A DNA stretch of 40,802 nucleotides from an uncultured Ruminococcus sp. (lineage in GTDB: Bacteria; Bacillota; Clostridia; Oscillospirales; Acutalibacteraceae). Under the pieces are notes generated by a model. That model did not search any database, was not told the origin of the DNA, and saw only the letters and a program-made list of their open reading frames with translations. The stretch spans positions 1 to 40,802 of the forward strand of contig CACYCN010000122.1 of NCBI GenBank assembly GCA_902772895.1, read 5' to 3'. This document shows, one piece after another, positions 39,125 through 40,802 of this stretch; the stretch's first letter is position 1, and each line of letters opens with the position of its first letter. The position numbers and the translations under genes are program-made.

Positions 39125-40726
39125 ATGAAAAAGAAGACATTCAAAAAGGCAGGCGCTGCCGTTCTGACAATGGCAATGGTTCTCTCGATGGGCGCTCTGG
39201 CTGCAACAAGTGTTGGCGCAGAGCCTGATACTGCAACTTTTGACGTAACAATTAACAACGGTAATCAGTTTGGCTACAAGTACAGCAAGATTGCAAGTCT
39301 GGATGAAGATGGTATTTCCTATACGGTTGAGACTGCCTGGCAGTCTTATATAGGTGTTGACGGCAATAATTATCTGTGCTTAAAGGATGGAGATGGCCTT
39401 GGTAAGAAATTGTCCGATATTACAGCCGCTACTTCCATGCAGAAACTGGCTACCGATCTTGCCGCTTATAATGTTGCCGGAACTGCAGTAGGTGATACCG
39501 ATGTGGTTACGTTGACACCCGGTTATTATCTCTTCAGCAGCTCCCAGACGAATGTTCAGCCTATCTTAGTGGAAATCACAGGTCAGCAGACACTGAATGC
39601 TAAAGCAAATGATGTTACGATTACCAAAACAATTACTGCAATTGAAGATAATACGACAACAGAAGCTCCAGCCGATTTGATTAAGAATGATGGTAAGGTT
39701 GGTTTAGTTTCTGATGGTGCGAAAGTAACCTTTACCCTGAGCACATCTATTCCGCGTTATGATGCCACAAATCTGGCAGGTGCCAATATCACAGACTTTG
39801 TAGTGACAGATATTCCGGAAGATACCCTGAAGAATCTTACTGTAACCAAGGTTGAGGTTGCCGGACTTGCGGTTGTAGCCGGTGAAGGAACTTATTCTGT
39901 AGATGATGCTGAAAATGATACACTGAAAGCCGATGACACAAAGAAGTATTTCACTGAGGATCAGGTGGAAGAGGGTCAGGAGAAAAAAGATTCTGCAGGC
40001 GAGGGTAAGAAAATTACTTTCAAAGATGCGTATGTTCTGGCTAATGGCGGTAAGAATGTTGTCATTACATTGACTGCCGATGTCGAAGATCCTGATGTTA
40101 ATCTGGATGAAAACAGCAATACCGCAACTGTTGAATACAACAACAACTACTGGACAGGCGGCAGCAAATTTAAAACTCCTGAGAATCCTAAAGATGATGA
40201 CGATAAGATTCCGGATCCGTCCAAAGAACCGGATGATCCGAACGATTATGATCAGGATACCGTTGCCGTATATGCAACCTTACTGACGGTTGATAAACTT
40301 GACCAGGATGGACATTCGCTGGCAGGTGCTGAATTTGAACTGTACAAAGGTAATTCCGCAACAGGTGAGCCGATCGCTACACTTGGTGGCAGAAATGAGG
40401 AAATGTCAGAGTTTTTATTCTCCGGTCTGAATGTTGGTACATATACACTCCATGAAAGTGTAACTCCTACGGATGAGTATAAAGCAGCTGCGGATATTAC
40501 ATTTACAATTACAAGCACAACAGCAGGTGTGTATTCTTTTACAGGTTTAACTAACAACACTGCTTATCCTGGTGGTGTAATCGACGTAACCAATATCAAG
40601 GGTCAGTCTCTCCCTGCAACCGGCGGCATCGGTACCATTATCTTCACCGTTGGTGGTGCTGCTATCGTTCTGCTGGCTGGCGCAATGTTTGTGTTCTATA
40701 TGAAGAAGAGAAAGGCAGAGGACTAA
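39125..40726 (+). CDS. LPXTG-anchored isopeptide-type fimbrial (pilus shaft) subunit
   Basis: Signal peptide. SpaA/CnaB-like segments (LLTVDKLDQDGHSLAGAEFELYKG, YTLHESVTPTDEYKAA). C-terminal SLPATGGIGT + TM + KKRK. GGAGG RBS. Confidence 0.85.
   Translation: MKKKTFKKAGAAVLTMAMVLSMGALAATSVGAEPDTATFDVTINNGNQFGYKYSKIASLDEDGISYTVETAWQSYIGVDGNNYLCLKDGDGLGKKLSDITAATSMQKLATDLAAYNVAGTAVGDTDVVTLTPGYYLFSSSQTNVQPILVEITGQQTLNAKANDVTITKTITAIEDNTTTEAPADLIKNDGKVGLVSDGAKVTFTLSTSIPRYDATNLAGANITDFVVTDIPEDTLKNLTVTKVEVAGLAVVAGEGTYSVDDAENDTLKADDTKKYFTEDQVEEGQEKKDSAGEGKKITFKDAYVLANGGKNVVITLTADVEDPDVNLDENSNTATVEYNNNYWTGGSKFKTPENPKDDDDKIPDPSKEPDDPNDYDQDTVAVYATLLTVDKLDQDGHSLAGAEFELYKGNSATGEPIATLGGRNEEMSEFLFSGLNVGTYTLHESVTPTDEYKAAADITFTITSTTAGVYSFTGLTNNTAYPGGVIDVTNIKGQSLPATGGIGTIIFTVGGAAIVLLAGAMFVFYMKKRKAED
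40610..40624 (+). other. Sortase recognition pentapeptide LPATG of the pilin
   Basis: ctc cct gca acc ggc, in frame. Confidence 0.8.
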
Positions 40727-40762
40727 TTTCGGATTGTAACTGAAATTATCCTTTTCGGAAAT

Positions 40763-40790
40763 CTGCTCCCCTTCCCGGGAGCAGGTTTTC
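40763..40790 (+). terminator. Hairpin after the pilin gene
   Basis: ctgctccc / gggagcag stem, followed by gtttt. Confidence 0.6.
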
Positions 40791-40802
40791 CAAAGGACTT
40801 GA

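Noticed and set aside
1-40802. Mobile element, prophage or genomic-island borders (integrase, transposase, tRNA target, long direct repeats)
   Set aside because: None were found on either strand. The only hint of foreign origin is the apparently lower GC of the pilus locus, which needs a computed profile before any claim.

Overview
This 40.8-kb chromosomal segment reads like a Gram-positive anaerobic Firmicute, probably Clostridia-like. Supporting marks are LPXTG-type pilins, an ECF S-component, QueH, FabV/Ter and an FHA-fused RodA. I call 33 protein genes, one cut by the window edge. I see no rRNA, tRNA, CRISPR array, transposase or integrase. The layout has four blocks. (i) 1-6.8 kb holds a DUF1893 fragment, an ECF S-component, a PBP2-type transpeptidase with an FHA-fused SEDS (RodA/FtsW) gene, a diaminopimelate-decarboxylase-like gene and aquaporin Z. 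(ii) 6.9-22.9 kb is an unbroken run of 14 co-directional genes that is saturated with FHA domains. It encodes an Rv1747-like FHA-FHA-ABC exporter, an orphan LytTR regulator, two PP2C phosphatases, one active Hanks kinase-FHA, one zinc-ribbon pseudokinase and a vWA-TM-FHA sensor. It also encodes a stand-alone FHA protein, three zinc-ribbon-FHA paralogs, two polytopic-membrane-FHA paralogs and a zinc-ribbon/TM/acidic protein. (iii) 23-33 kb is mostly housekeeping: M23 peptidase, acidic-repeat lipoprotein, Cof HAD, SprT-like, RlmA, FabV, QueH, HAD and a large orphan lipoprotein. (iv) 33.2-40.8 kb is a sortase-type pilus locus with a 1879-aa tip adhesin carrying a PA14/fibro-slime module, followed by an LPATG shaft pilin. 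The stand-out candidate for an undescribed system is the FHA island. It holds 10 FHA modules in 9 genes, and an 11th sits on the nearby RodA fusion. It has an internal tandem duplication of a two-gene module, a shared N-terminal zinc-ribbon on six proteins, and a mix of canonical and degenerate pThr-binding pockets. All domain calls come from motif reading by eye. No database search was run.
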